From an uncultured Victivallales bacterium (lineage in GTDB: Bacteria; Verrucomicrobiota; Kiritimatiellia; UBA8416), in contig CAZCDU010000007.1 in NCBI GenBank assembly GCA_964497125.1, forward strand, positions 5,503 through 69,502: a DNA stretch of 64,000 bases, read 5' to 3'. The position numbers were made by a program, and so were the translations under genes. Position 1 is the first letter of the stretch. Each line of letters opens with the position of its first letter. Positions 8,101 through 17,186 of this stretch are shown here, one piece after another. The notes beneath the pieces were generated by a model. The model had not been told where the DNA came from and did not search any database. It was given only the letters and a program-made list of their open reading frames with translations.

Positions 8101-10008
8101 TCACTCCGGTAGACCGTGCAAAAGAAGTTCCTGTTTCAGAACGTCATAAGCCTCGGTGTAATGTGCCCCCATTTGGGCTTCACGGTGATCAAACCCAAAG
8201 GCGCGCCGCTTGACGGCGAGCACCGGGGGCGCCTGGATGCGTTTTGCAAGCCCCATCCCCTGGTAGAGATTCCACCATCGCTCCAAGTCGGTGATGAAGG
8301 CCTGCGGTGTTGGGAACAGTTCTGAGATGGTGCCGTCGAACTCGAGCTTGGTCTCCAGGTTCTTGTTGGCATACCAGACCAGTATCTCTTCGGGGGTCGC
8401 TCGATCCCACCATTCCACCCAGCTATGGAAGAGCGCATCGTGATAGGGGTAGATGAGGGGATCGCCTTTGCCCTCGTCAACGTTCTGTGCATCGCTGAGT
8501 TCAGCGGAAGGCACGATGTCGATCGAGCCTCGAGGAATGAGCTCGCGGCCGAATACGGCCTCGTTGAGGTAATCCGCAAGCGCGTAAACTTGTGTTTTCC
8601 ATAGATCGGCAATGCATGCGAGATACCCCCCCAAATCTCCGTAGAGCGTGGTATACCCAACCGTGAGTTCCGATTTGTTGGCATTGCAGGTGAACACGCC
8701 CCCGAAGGCGGAGGCCAGCGCTGCGAGTATGCGCGAAGATCGGTCGCGTGCCTGGACGTTCTCCCGCATGAATCCCGACAGGGAAAGCTCTTGCCGGCGT
8801 CGTCCATCGGTGCTCTGGATTGCAAGTCCGTCGATCTGGTCCAGTGTCACAGCGACGCTATCCTCAATGGAAACATCAGCGTAGAAACACCCGGCATTCT
8901 GTGCCAGCTCACGAGCCAGGTTCTTGGTTGTGTCCGAGTTGTAGCGACTGGGCATATTCACCAGGAGCAGGTTGTCGGGAGGGAGAATTTCGGCGTGGAT
9001 GGCGGCCACAACGGCGGAGTCGATGCCGCCGGAGACGCCGATGACGGCACGTTCGACACCGCACAGCTCCATGAACCTGCGGGTGCCATAGGTAATCGCC
9101 GTGTGGGTGTCGGCAATGGTGTCGTGCTGTGGGCTGCTGTGATCGGCAAACGTGGCGTCCTGCCCCAGGGGGAGGTCGATCGTCAGGGTTGTTGCCTCAA
9201 ACGGCCCCCCACACCGGATGTGGTTGCCATGGGCATCATAGACGCTGGATGCCCCATCGAACGTAAATACGGTCTTGCCATTGTTCTGGATGCCAACCTT
9301 GTTGACATAGAGCAGGGGGCGGCCGAGATGACGGGCATGCGCTGCGAACACGCGGTTCCGTTTGTGGTTCTTGTCGAGCGTAAAGGGCGACGCACTGGCA
9401 TTGATGAAGAGATCAATCTCCTTGCGTGCCCCCAGGATGGCCAGGGGAGAGACCGCATAGTCAATATCCCAGGCGTCTTCGCATAGGATGCAGCCAAGGA
9501 CGGCGCGCCGTGTCTTGAAGGGCGTCAGGAGCGCTTCGATGCTGCCGTGTTCTTCGAAAGCCAGCTTGCGAAGGTCAAAGAAGTGCCGGCTGTCATCGAA
9601 TTGCCGGTAGTTCGGCATGAGGGCCTTGATGCTAAACGGATAGGGGCTGTTCTCGGGGCTGACGAATTCGCCATCCTCGGCCACGAAAAGGGCATTGTAT
9701 TTCCTGACGCGCCCATCCTCGTTCCGCCGTTGCCAGTCGATGGCAACGTTCCCGAAGACGACGGCAATGCCCTGGCTGGCTTCACGGATCTGGTGACCGC
9801 AGGCCTCACACTGGCGCAGGAATGCCTGGTGTTCCCATTCATCTCCCAGAAGATACCCGGGAATCGCCATCTCGGGGAAGACGAGTAACTCGACGCCATC
9901 CTGAATAGCCGTTTGGATGTGTTGCAGGATGGTTCTGGTGTTGACGCGTGGACGTCCAGGCTGGACGTCGATCTGGGCAAGTCTACACGTGAGCGTTCCG
10001 GAGGACAT
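8101..10008 (-). CDS. nadE: glutamine-dependent NAD+ synthetase (nitrilase domain + NAD synthase domain)
   Basis: N-terminal CN-hydrolase triad (FPEMAIPGY ... K ... LGCILCEDAW). C-terminal PP-loop SGGIDS. 635 aa, typical of the long NadE form. Confidence 0.9.
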   Translation of the reverse strand: MSSGTLTCRLAQIDVQPGRPRVNTRTILQHIQTAIQDGVELLVFPEMAIPGYLLGDEWEHQAFLRQCEACGHQIREASQGIAVVFGNVAIDWQRRNEDGRVRKYNALFVAEDGEFVSPENSPYPFSIKALMPNYRQFDDSRHFFDLRKLAFEEHGSIEALLTPFKTRRAVLGCILCEDAWDIDYAVSPLAILGARKEIDLFINASASPFTLDKNHKRNRVFAAHARHLGRPLLYVNKVGIQNNGKTVFTFDGASSVYDAHGNHIRCGGPFEATTLTIDLPLGQDATFADHSSPQHDTIADTHTAITYGTRRFMELCGVERAVIGVSGGIDSAVVAAIHAEILPPDNLLLVNMPSRYNSDTTKNLARELAQNAGCFYADVSIEDSVAVTLDQIDGLAIQSTDGRRRQELSLSGFMRENVQARDRSSRILAALASAFGGVFTCNANKSELTVGYTTLYGDLGGYLACIADLWKTQVYALADYLNEAVFGRELIPRGSIDIVPSAELSDAQNVDEGKGDPLIYPYHDALFHSWVEWWDRATPEEILVWYANKNLETKLEFDGTISELFPTPQAFITDLERWWNLYQGMGLAKRIQAPPVLAVKRRAFGFDHREAQMGAHYTEAYDVLKQELLLHGLPE

Positions 10009-10010
10009 GA

Positions 10011-10202
10011 CTACTGCTCCGTCGTGCCTTTGGCTTCAGTCTCGTTGTCTTCTACGGATAGTGCCGTTTCGAATGCCTCTTGGCGCTTGGCCCCCCATAG
10101 TTCCTCTTCGATCCGGCGCAGTCTTCGAAAGAACCAATACAAGACTCCGGATGTTGTGGCGACAACCACAAGTGCAAGCGCAAGCATCATGATATTCTTC
10201 AT
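10011..10202 (-). CDS. small single-TM membrane protein (63 aa), first gene of the nadE operon
   Basis: MKNIMMLALALVVVATTSGVLYWFF then a charged tail. 3-nt gap to nadE. The upstream part of the 190-aa ORF is Pro/Arg-rich and overlaps the repeat region, so it is treated as non-coding. Confidence 0.4.
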   Translation of the reverse strand: MKNIMMLALALVVVATTSGVLYWFFRRLRRIEEELWGAKRQEAFETALSVEDNETEAKGTTEQ

Positions 10203-10251
10203 AGAGCTATGATAGGTAGGTGGGTTGGGTGTGTCGAGTGATAGTTGCTCC

Positions 10252-10332
10252 GGCATTTGATGCCCCTCTTGGCTGGAGCCTGCTTGCCGGGGACGGCTGC
10301 GCAGGCTAGGCCTGCGAGGGGCATCAAATGCC
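10252..10332. repeat. perfect 17-bp inverted repeat (GGCATTTGATGCCCCTC / GAGGGGCATCAAATGCC) with 47-nt spacer; each arm also contains the GGCAT-TTG-ATGCC mini-hairpin
   Basis: Arms at 10252-10268 and 10316-10332, read directly. Confidence 0.8.
10262..10292. repeat. 31-bp direct repeat unit Y copy 1 (GCCCCTCTTGGCTGGAGCCTGCTTGCCGGGG)
   Basis: Identical second copy at 10366-10396. Confidence 0.8.
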
Positions 10333-10348
10333 TTCGCTGGTGGTTGGG
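10311..10348. repeat. 38-bp direct repeat unit Z copy 1 (CCTGCGAGGGGCATCAAATGCCTTCGCTGGTGGTTGGG), followed by a G-tract-rich segment
   Basis: Second copy at 10610-10647 with 2-3 mismatches. Each copy is followed by G-runs (GGGGGAGAAGGGGAGG / GGGGTGAGGGGAGG). Confidence 0.75.
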
Positions 10349-10365
10349 GGAGAAGGGGAGGTCGT

Positions 10366-10396
10366 GCCCCTCTTGGCTGGAGCCTGCTTGCCGGGG
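10366..10396. repeat. 31-bp direct repeat unit Y copy 2
   Basis: Identical to 10262-10292. Confidence 0.8.
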
Positions 10397-10609
10397 GGGG
10401 CGAGAGTGCTCGGACTATGCGGGTGTGAAACTTGGAGACAGGAGAAGGTGGACGCCGGCGTCCCGACGGCGTTGCGCAAGACACGAGCCTCCTGTGAGGA
10501 AGAAGAGGACGATGTTCTCCACTGTCACACGACAGGCGCTCTATTTTCTCGACCGCGTCCGGAGGCCACGGTCCACCTTTCACACGGATAACAATGATTG
10601 AAGACCCGG

Positions 10610-10647
10610 CCTGCGAGGGGCATCAAATGCCTCCGCTGGTGGTGGGG
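10610..10647. repeat. 38-bp direct repeat unit Z copy 2
   Basis: See copy 1. 299 bp separate the two copies. Confidence 0.75.
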
Positions 10648-10687
10648 TGAGGGGAGGATGTGCGGTGGTTGGGGTGAGCGTGGGCTA

Positions 10688-11680
10688 CTACTTCTTCCTG
10701 GCGGTTGCGAGCCAGTGGGGCATGGGGGGGGGGAGCGGTGAGCACTGGAAATCGGTGAACCCGGCCTCACCGAGCCATCCTTCCAGCTCACGATCTGAGA
10801 AGACCCAGCCATTCTGGGCCGTGAGGGCCATGTTGACGGCGAAGAGGGCGGAGAATGCGGGTTGTGTGTGTGTGGCATCGGTCATCATGTCGAGAATGAA
10901 CACTTTGCCGCCCGGGACGAGAGCATCGTAGGCCTTGCTGAATAGGTTCGCGATACTCTCAGGAGATTCCTGGTGTAGCATGCCAAAGAAGGCAATGGCG
11001 TCTTGTCCTTGGGGAAACGGTGTGGTGCGGTAGTCACCGGGCAAGGTCTTGACGCGGTCCTGCATGCCCTGCTGTGCAATGAGCTCATCTGCTACCGCCA
11101 CGACGGCGGGTAGGTCAAGCACTGTGCATTCCAATTCCGAATTGGCCTGGGCCATGAGCACCGAGTAGGTGCCCGGCCCGCCGCCGACATCCAGCAGGGC
11201 TCGGCAGTCACTTAGGTCGAGCTGGGGGACCACGGAACGACCAATTCCCATCGCACGCCCATGCATCGACAGCACGAAGGTACGGGTGCGGTCAGCATCA
11301 TCACCAAGGTGGATTTCGGGGCGCTCAACAGGGCTGCCGGTCTGTGCGAGCTGCGTGAGTTTGCCCCAGGCGGGATAGACGTCACGATTGTAGCGGATCG
11401 CGCCACCAAGATAGGCGGGTGAGCTGGGAACAAGAAATGTTGCCGAATCGGGCGTGTTGGCATAGGTGTCGTCTGACTTCGTGAGCAGTTCCAGCGCTAC
11501 ACAGGCATCCAGAAGCAGCCTGGCACCGCGTGGATCAAGGCTGAGGTCCGCAGCAATGGCCTCCGCGGTCGCCCCGGGTGTGCGGTTCAAGCAGTCGAAA
11601 ATGCCGAGGTCGGAGGAGGCAAAAAGGACGCAGGAGTCATAGAAGGCAGAGGCCATATCAACGATGCGCGTAGAATTCAT
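10688..11680 (-). CDS. class I SAM-dependent O-methyltransferase (CrtF/COMT-like, with dimerisation domain)
   Basis: LDVGGGPG SAM motif. About 330 aa, typical of the O-MT family 2 architecture. Transcribed divergently from the ebo-like operon. Confidence 0.7.
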   Translation of the reverse strand: MNSTRIVDMASAFYDSCVLFASSDLGIFDCLNRTPGATAEAIAADLSLDPRGARLLLDACVALELLTKSDDTYANTPDSATFLVPSSPAYLGGAIRYNRDVYPAWGKLTQLAQTGSPVERPEIHLGDDADRTRTFVLSMHGRAMGIGRSVVPQLDLSDCRALLDVGGGPGTYSVLMAQANSELECTVLDLPAVVAVADELIAQQGMQDRVKTLPGDYRTTPFPQGQDAIAFFGMLHQESPESIANLFSKAYDALVPGGKVFILDMMTDATHTQPAFSALFAVNMALTAQNGWVFSDRELEGWLGEAGFTDFQCSPLPPPMPHWLATARKK

Positions 11681-11787
11681 GTCGGCTTTTCCTTTCGGGA
11701 GACGCGGCTGTGTTGCTAAGGTTTACGGTCTGAAGTACGTATATACCACACGAAGAGTGGAATTCAACGCATTGAACGAGAGAGTGA

Positions 11788-12630
11788 ATGACGATGACGA
11801 TTATTGAACCCCATATACATATGTATTCCCGGACGACGAACGACTATGAAGCGATGTATGCCGCAGGCATCCGGGCCTGCCTGGAACCGTCCTTCTGGAT
11901 GGGAGCAGACCGGCGTTACGCCGGGACATTCTTCGACTACTTCCAGCTCATCCTGGAGTTTGAGACCGTACGGGCCCGCCGCTTTGGAATCGACCATTTT
12001 GCCGCGGTCTCGCTGAATCCGAAGGAGGCAGAAGATACGGCCTTGGCGGACGAAGTCATTGATGGCCTGGGGGAGTACCTTGATCATCCGCGTTGCGTGG
12101 TGCTCGGGGAGATCGGTTTCAACAACCAGACCCCTAACGAGGAGCGGGCGTTCGTCCGTCAGCTTGAGATTGCCGCCGAACGCGATATGCCCGTGATTGT
12201 GCACCTTCCGCATGTCGACAAGCTGCGTGGCACGAAGCGTACGATCGAGATTATCCAGGAAATGGAGTTGAACCCGGACCACATTATCATTGATCACAAC
12301 ACGGAAGAGACCATCGCGCTGAGCCGTGAGTCCGGTTGCTGGTCGGGGATGACCGTGTATCCCATATCCAAGCTAACTCCCCAGCGCGTGTCTGGCATCA
12401 TCCGTGAGCATGGCAGCGATCGCATGATCGTGAATGGCTCAGCTGATTGGGGCGTTTCGGACCCATTGAGTCTCGTCAAAGTAGCCGACCACATGGCCGC
12501 CGACGGGCATTCAGAGGAGACCGTGCGCAAGTTGGTGTTCAGCAATGCCATGGCGTTCTATGGGCAGTCCGAAAAGTGGCAGCCCGAACTGGATCTGGTA
12601 CCCGTTGATCCTCGTGAGTTCCAGCGATGA
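11788..12630 (+). CDS. eboB: TatD-family metal-dependent hydrolase (EboB-like)
   Basis: N-terminal EPHIHM (HxH) motif and TIM-barrel hydrolase layout. First gene of the cluster. 4-bp overlap with the next gene. Confidence 0.6.
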   Translation: MTMTIIEPHIHMYSRTTNDYEAMYAAGIRACLEPSFWMGADRRYAGTFFDYFQLILEFETVRARRFGIDHFAAVSLNPKEAEDTALADEVIDGLGEYLDHPRCVVLGEIGFNNQTPNEERAFVRQLEIAAERDMPVIVHLPHVDKLRGTKRTIEIIQEMELNPDHIIIDHNTEETIALSRESGCWSGMTVYPISKLTPQRVSGIIREHGSDRMIVNGSADWGVSDPLSLVKVADHMAADGHSEETVRKLVFSNAMAFYGQSEKWQPELDLVPVDPREFQR

Positions 12631-13337
12631 GGGTGAAAGCCTGGTTGGAGCTGGTACGCGTTCCTAATCTACCCACGGTCCCCGGTGATCCGTTGGCTGG
12701 CTTTGCCCTGGCGAGTCTTGGCGCGGGCCGGGTTGATTGGGTGAGGGCATTGCCCGCCGTTGGGGCTTCGTTGCTGCTCTACATGGCCGGTATGATCTGG
12801 AACGACTGTGCTGACCTGGCGGAGGACCGGCGGGACAGACCACAGCGCCCGCTTGCCAGTGGCCGCATCCGTAGGCGCGATGCCATGGTTGTTGCGGGGT
12901 TAATGGCTGTTGCCGGTGTCGCGCTGGCCGGGCTTTCGGGGTGGGGCTCCATGGCCATGGCACTACTTCTCCTGTTGCTGGTCCTGGCCTATGATTTCGT
13001 TTCCCGGCGTATTCGTTTGCTCGGGTTTATCAATATGGGTGCCTGTCGGGGCGTTAGCCTGTTGCTCGGTGCTTCTGCGCTTGGGGTGCCTTCCCTGTAC
13101 CCGATCAGTGCAGCGGTGGGGGTATCCCTCTATATCGCGTGTGTCACGAGGCTTGCCTGCGATGAGGTCAATGGCCAGAGTCATGGGGTGAGTATTGGCC
13201 TCCTGATCCGCCTGCTTTTGGTCATCCAGGCGTGTCTGTGTGTTTCTGCAGGCTGGAGCGGGGTTGCTGTTGGGGCCGCGATCCTTCTAGGATGGCCGGT
13301 GTCGGCCTTGTTGAACAAACGGTTTTACGCGAGCTAA
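12627..13337 (+). CDS. eboC: UbiA-family aromatic/polyprenyl prenyltransferase (EboC-like)
   Basis: Multi-TM protein. Asp-rich motif NDCADLAEDRRD. Confidence 0.6.
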   Translation: MRVKAWLELVRVPNLPTVPGDPLAGFALASLGAGRVDWVRALPAVGASLLLYMAGMIWNDCADLAEDRRDRPQRPLASGRIRRRDAMVVAGLMAVAGVALAGLSGWGSMAMALLLLLLVLAYDFVSRRIRLLGFINMGACRGVSLLLGASALGVPSLYPISAAVGVSLYIACVTRLACDEVNGQSHGVSIGLLIRLLLVIQACLCVSAGWSGVAVGAAILLGWPVSALLNKRFYAS

Positions 13338-13386
13338 GCGATGGCATGACGCCGCAGTCGTTGCGTTGCTGACCGTGAGATGTGTG

Positions 13387-14682
13387 ATGACGAAAAAGAA
13401 ATTACTGGTCGTTCAAGTGGCGGGGCTGGGGTACGAGTTCCTCGCCTCTCACCATGGGGTCAAATGGGACGGTCTCACGTTTCATCCGTCCCAGGGAGTC
13501 TTTCCTGCCCTGACGTGCACTGCCCAGGCAACGTTCCGGACTGCCCGGGCTCCCGGCACGCATGGCATAGTCGCGAATGGGCTATGGGACCGGCGATATG
13601 CGAAAGCACGTTTCTGGGAGCAGTCGTCTCTGTTGGTCGACGGGGACCGTATATGGCAGGACTATCGTGAGGCCGGCAACAAGGTGGGCATGCTGTTCTG
13701 GCAGCAGAGCCTCGGCGAGGCCGTCGATACGGTTCTCTCGCCGGCCCCGATTCACAAACACCATGGGGGCATGATCCAGGATTGCTACGGCCTACCGGCC
13801 GGGCTCTATGACAAACTTCGGCGCCAGGTTGGACGTGGCTTTAACCTAATGCATTACTGGGGACCATTGGCATCGCATCGATCGTCTGCATGGATTACGG
13901 ATGCTACACTGGCCGTCATGTCGGACCCCCAGTTGGCACCGGACCTCTGTCTTACGTATCTGCCGATACTCGACTATGACCTGCAGCGGTTTGGCACGAA
14001 ACACCCCCGCAGCCGGCGGGCACTGGCACAGTTGCTTGGGCAGTTACGTACGTTGCGGGTGGGTGCCGTGACGCACGGATACGACGTGTTGATTTTCGGC
14101 GACTATGCGCTGGGTGATGTGACGGCGGCTCCCGTGGCTCCGAACCTGGTGCTGCGCAAGCAAGGCCTCCTTGGTGTTCGACAGGTTGGGCGCATGACAT
14201 ATCCTGATTTCCATAGCAGCACCGCATTCGCCATGGTCGACCACGAGATCGCGCATGTCTTTGTCCCCAATGCTTCCAACATTGACCGAGTACGCGCCGC
14301 CCTTGACGGGACGCCAGGCATTGCCGAAATCCTGGATCGCGAGCAGCAGACGGCGCGGGACGTCGGACATGCGAACGCTGGCGATTTGATGCTGGTGGCG
14401 GAAGAAGGATCCTGGATGACCTACCCGTGGTGGGAGAACCGCCGGGAGGCCCCCGACTATGCAGGACATGTCGACATTCACAGTAAGCCTGGGTACGATC
14501 CGTGTGAGTTGTTCTGGGGGTGGCCACCTGGTACAGTTAGCAAGAACTGTGAGCGAATACGTGGTACTCACGGCCGCATCGGGAACGGCCGGGAGATTGC
14601 GTGGGCTTCGAGTTGTATTGAGCAGGGTCCCACCTCTCTGGTAGAACTCTCGCTGGCTGTACAGCAATGGCTTGCCGGCTAA
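13387..14682 (+). CDS. eboF: alkaline-phosphatase superfamily, type I phosphodiesterase/nucleotide pyrophosphatase (EboF-like)
   Basis: N-terminal KKKLLVVQVAGLG...TCTAQATFRT metal-site Thr motif typical of NPP/AlkP enzymes. Start could be 13366. Confidence 0.55.
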   Translation: MTKKKLLVVQVAGLGYEFLASHHGVKWDGLTFHPSQGVFPALTCTAQATFRTARAPGTHGIVANGLWDRRYAKARFWEQSSLLVDGDRIWQDYREAGNKVGMLFWQQSLGEAVDTVLSPAPIHKHHGGMIQDCYGLPAGLYDKLRRQVGRGFNLMHYWGPLASHRSSAWITDATLAVMSDPQLAPDLCLTYLPILDYDLQRFGTKHPRSRRALAQLLGQLRTLRVGAVTHGYDVLIFGDYALGDVTAAPVAPNLVLRKQGLLGVRQVGRMTYPDFHSSTAFAMVDHEIAHVFVPNASNIDRVRAALDGTPGIAEILDREQQTARDVGHANAGDLMLVAEEGSWMTYPWWENRREAPDYAGHVDIHSKPGYDPCELFWGWPPGTVSKNCERIRGTHGRIGNGREIAWASSCIEQGPTSLVELSLAVQQWLAG

Positions 14683-14709
14683 TATGAAATCCAAGACCGA
14701 CAGATAGGT

Positions 14710-15966
14710 ATGAAACACTTTAAAGACAACAAGGACGTGGAGACGATTCAACAGACGTTCCAGGTCACGTTTGATTACTCGGTCAGCTTCACGTATGGCC
14801 TATTTGATGTCGGGAACCCGTTGCTTGCCGATACCATTGGCGATTGTCGCGGGGAAAGGGCCCACCGAATCCTCGTCTACGTAGACGATGGGGTCGCCGA
14901 GGCTCGCCCGGAGCTTCTTCAGCGTGTTCGCAATTACATTAAGCAGCACGGCGGTCAGCTTGAGCTTGTTGCGGACCCCATATTGGTTCCCGGCGGGGAA
15001 CGAGCCAAGAACGGCTGGAACATTGTGCGCAATATCATGTCGGATATCGGCAACGCGCATCTCGACCGGCATAGCTTCATCATGGCAATAGGCGGCGGCA
15101 GTGTGTTGGATAGCGTGGGCTTCGCGGCTTCCATCGTGCATCGTGGGATCCGGCTGATTCGGGTGCCAACCACGGTGCTGGCACAGAACGATGCCGGTGT
15201 TGGTGTGAAGACCGGCATGGATGAGCACGGGGCAAAGAACTTCGTTGGTACGTTTGCTCCACCGTATGCTGTGCTCGTTGATTTTGCTTTTCTCCCAACG
15301 CTCAAAGACAAGTATTGGTTCGGAGGCATTTCCGAGGCGTTTAAGGTTGCGCTGATCAAGGATGCTGCCTTCTTTACGTTTTTGGAGGAAAGCGCGGGAG
15401 CCCTGCGCGCACGCGATGCCGATGCGATTGAAACCGTCATAAAGCATACGGCTCGTCTGCACCTGGACCACATCCGTACCAGCGGCGATCCTTTCGAAAG
15501 CGGGACCGCACGTCCTCTCGATTTCGGGCACTGGGCCGCACACAAGCTCGAAGTCCTGTCCAACTACAGGCTGGGGCACGGTGAAGCCGTTGCGATCGGG
15601 ATTGCCCTGGATAGTCGCTATGCTGCATTGAGCGGACTTCTCACGGATGCCGAGGCCACTCGGATTGTGGATACGTTGCGTGCCGTTGGCTTGCCCGTAT
15701 GGGATACGCTACTTGAGTCTGTCACCGGTAGCGGTGAATTTGAGATTCTCAAGGGCCTCGAGGAGTTTCGCGAGCACTTGGGCGGGACACTGACGATAAC
15801 GCTGCCGCAGGGGATCGGGAACAAACTGGAAGTTCACACGATGGATACAGCGTTGATTTTGCAGGCAGCCGCACAGTTGAAGGATGCGTGCAGTCGTTCC
15901 TCTTCTCCTGTTGAGCACGGGACGGATGCATCCCGGTTGGCCGCGCTGGGTGGGAGCTCTGGCTGA
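14710..15966 (+). CDS. eboD: 3-dehydroquinate-synthase-like sugar phosphate cyclase (EboD-like; EEVS/DDGS-type)
   Basis: GGGSVLD...VPTT(V)LAQNDAGVGVKTG...HG...H motifs of the DHQS superfamily. I cannot discriminate DHQS from EEVS or DDGS from sequence alone. Confidence 0.65.
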   Translation: MKHFKDNKDVETIQQTFQVTFDYSVSFTYGLFDVGNPLLADTIGDCRGERAHRILVYVDDGVAEARPELLQRVRNYIKQHGGQLELVADPILVPGGERAKNGWNIVRNIMSDIGNAHLDRHSFIMAIGGGSVLDSVGFAASIVHRGIRLIRVPTTVLAQNDAGVGVKTGMDEHGAKNFVGTFAPPYAVLVDFAFLPTLKDKYWFGGISEAFKVALIKDAAFFTFLEESAGALRARDADAIETVIKHTARLHLDHIRTSGDPFESGTARPLDFGHWAAHKLEVLSNYRLGHGEAVAIGIALDSRYAALSGLLTDAEATRIVDTLRAVGLPVWDTLLESVTGSGEFEILKGLEEFREHLGGTLTITLPQGIGNKLEVHTMDTALILQAAAQLKDACSRSSSPVEHGTDASRLAALGGSSG

Positions 15967-17129
15967 TGATTGTGGGGCGGAACGCGTCGCAACACCTGAC
16001 TTACTGTCTCAATGTGCACCCGGGCGAGGACTGGGATGCCAACCTGGCTGCCATCCAGACGCACGCATTGGCTATTCGGGAGCGTGTTGCCCCGAAGCAG
16101 CCTTTTGGGTTGGGACTGCGCCTGAGCAATACAGCCGTCAATTCCCTGGCTGAGCCCAACACGCTGAGCGCGTTTCGGGAATTCCTCGACTCACACAGTC
16201 TCTACGCCTTCACGATCAACGGGTTTCCCTATGGCGCCTTTCACGGTACGAGGGTCAAAGAACGCGTCTATGCGCCGGATTGGCGGTCACCCGATCGCCT
16301 GGCCTATACCACACGGTTGGCGGACGTGCTGTCGGCACTTCTGCCGGAAGGTGTGCCGGGCAGCATCAGCACCGTGCCGGCCTCTTACCGGTCATGGATT
16401 CAGACCGACGAGGATCGTGACGCTATTGCCCGGAACCTGGCCCAGTGCGCATCGCACCTGGCGCAGATTGAGTCCCGAACAGGGCAGCACATTGCCCTGG
16501 CCCTGGAGCCGGAACCGGACTGTCTGTTTGATACGACGCAGCAGACTGTTGCCTTCTTTGAAGAGGTGCTGGCGGAGCACGCAGCGATAGGGAAACTCAA
16601 TGTCGACTGGCGGCGATACATTGGCGTCTGTTTCGACACGTGCCACCTTTCGGTGGTATTCGATGATCCCACCGAGGGATTGCTTGAGCTGAAGCGGCAC
16701 GGGATCTCTGTGCCGAAAGTCCAGATCAGTACAGCCCTTCGCGCGACAGGCGGGGGGGACACCGCGGCACGTTTGGAGGCGTTCGCGGACAACACCTACC
16801 TGCACCAGGTGCGGCTTCGTGGGGCCGATGGCACGCTGCGTTGTTTTCCAGACCTGACTGCGGAAACGCTCGCCGCCGTGGCGGCAGAGGAGCGGGGCGA
16901 GGTGCGCGTACATGTGCATGTTCCGCTGTACTTTGAAGAGTCCGGCTCCCTGCAGTCTACCGGCACAGACCTTTCCCCGCGCTTCTTTGAGGTCCTTGGC
17001 TCGTCCGGTATCCCTCATCTTGAGATCGAGACCTATACGTTCAGCGTTTTGCCCCCGGCGTTGTCTGCGTTACCGATTGAAGAGAGCGTCGAAAAAGAAT
17101 ATCAGTGGGTCCACGAGCGTATACGTTGA
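15966..17129 (+). CDS. eboE: xylose-isomerase-like TIM-barrel protein (EboE-like sugar phosphate isomerase/epimerase)
   Basis: TIM-barrel AP-endonuclease-2/xylose-isomerase-like pattern. Start overlaps the eboD stop (TGATG). Confidence 0.5.
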   Translation: MIVGRNASQHLTYCLNVHPGEDWDANLAAIQTHALAIRERVAPKQPFGLGLRLSNTAVNSLAEPNTLSAFREFLDSHSLYAFTINGFPYGAFHGTRVKERVYAPDWRSPDRLAYTTRLADVLSALLPEGVPGSISTVPASYRSWIQTDEDRDAIARNLAQCASHLAQIESRTGQHIALALEPEPDCLFDTTQQTVAFFEEVLAEHAAIGKLNVDWRRYIGVCFDTCHLSVVFDDPTEGLLELKRHGISVPKVQISTALRATGGGDTAARLEAFADNTYLHQVRLRGADGTLRCFPDLTAETLAAVAAEERGEVRVHVHVPLYFEESGSLQSTGTDLSPRFFEVLGSSGIPHLEIETYTFSVLPPALSALPIEESVEKEYQWVHERIR

Positions 17130-17186
17130 TTTTTGGCTGCGGAGGCATTAGAGTGCGACGCAGAAACAGCAATGGAGGAGATGAAA

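Noticed and set aside
8136-8825. 229-aa minus-strand ORF in alternate frame inside nadE
   Set aside because: It lies fully within the confidently assigned nadE gene and its translation is Arg/Ser/Pro-rich, so I treat it as a high-GC frame artifact.
10245-10601. 118-aa and 87-aa plus-strand ORFs in the repeat region
   Set aside because: Their sequences are generated by the repeats themselves (LAGACLPG occurs twice because of the 31-bp repeat). No RBS, and Arg/Gly/Cys-rich, so they are most likely non-coding.
10203-10687. Possible CRISPR array because of multiple direct repeats
   Set aside because: The repeat units come in two different families plus an inverted repeat, with irregular spacing (74 and 299 bp), and no cas genes lie nearby. 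It is not CRISPR-like.
14044-14751. 235-aa antisense ORF inside eboF
   Set aside because: No motifs, and it is antisense to a gene with clear alkaline-phosphatase-family signatures.
10688-15966. Mycosporine-like amino acid cluster (DHQS-like cyclase + O-methyltransferase)
   Set aside because: The O-MT is a 330-aa CrtF/COMT-type on the opposite strand rather than the MysB-type. There is no ATP-grasp or NRPS/D-Ala ligase. The cyclase is embedded with TatD, UbiA, NPP and TIM-barrel genes, so the ebo-type assignment fits better.
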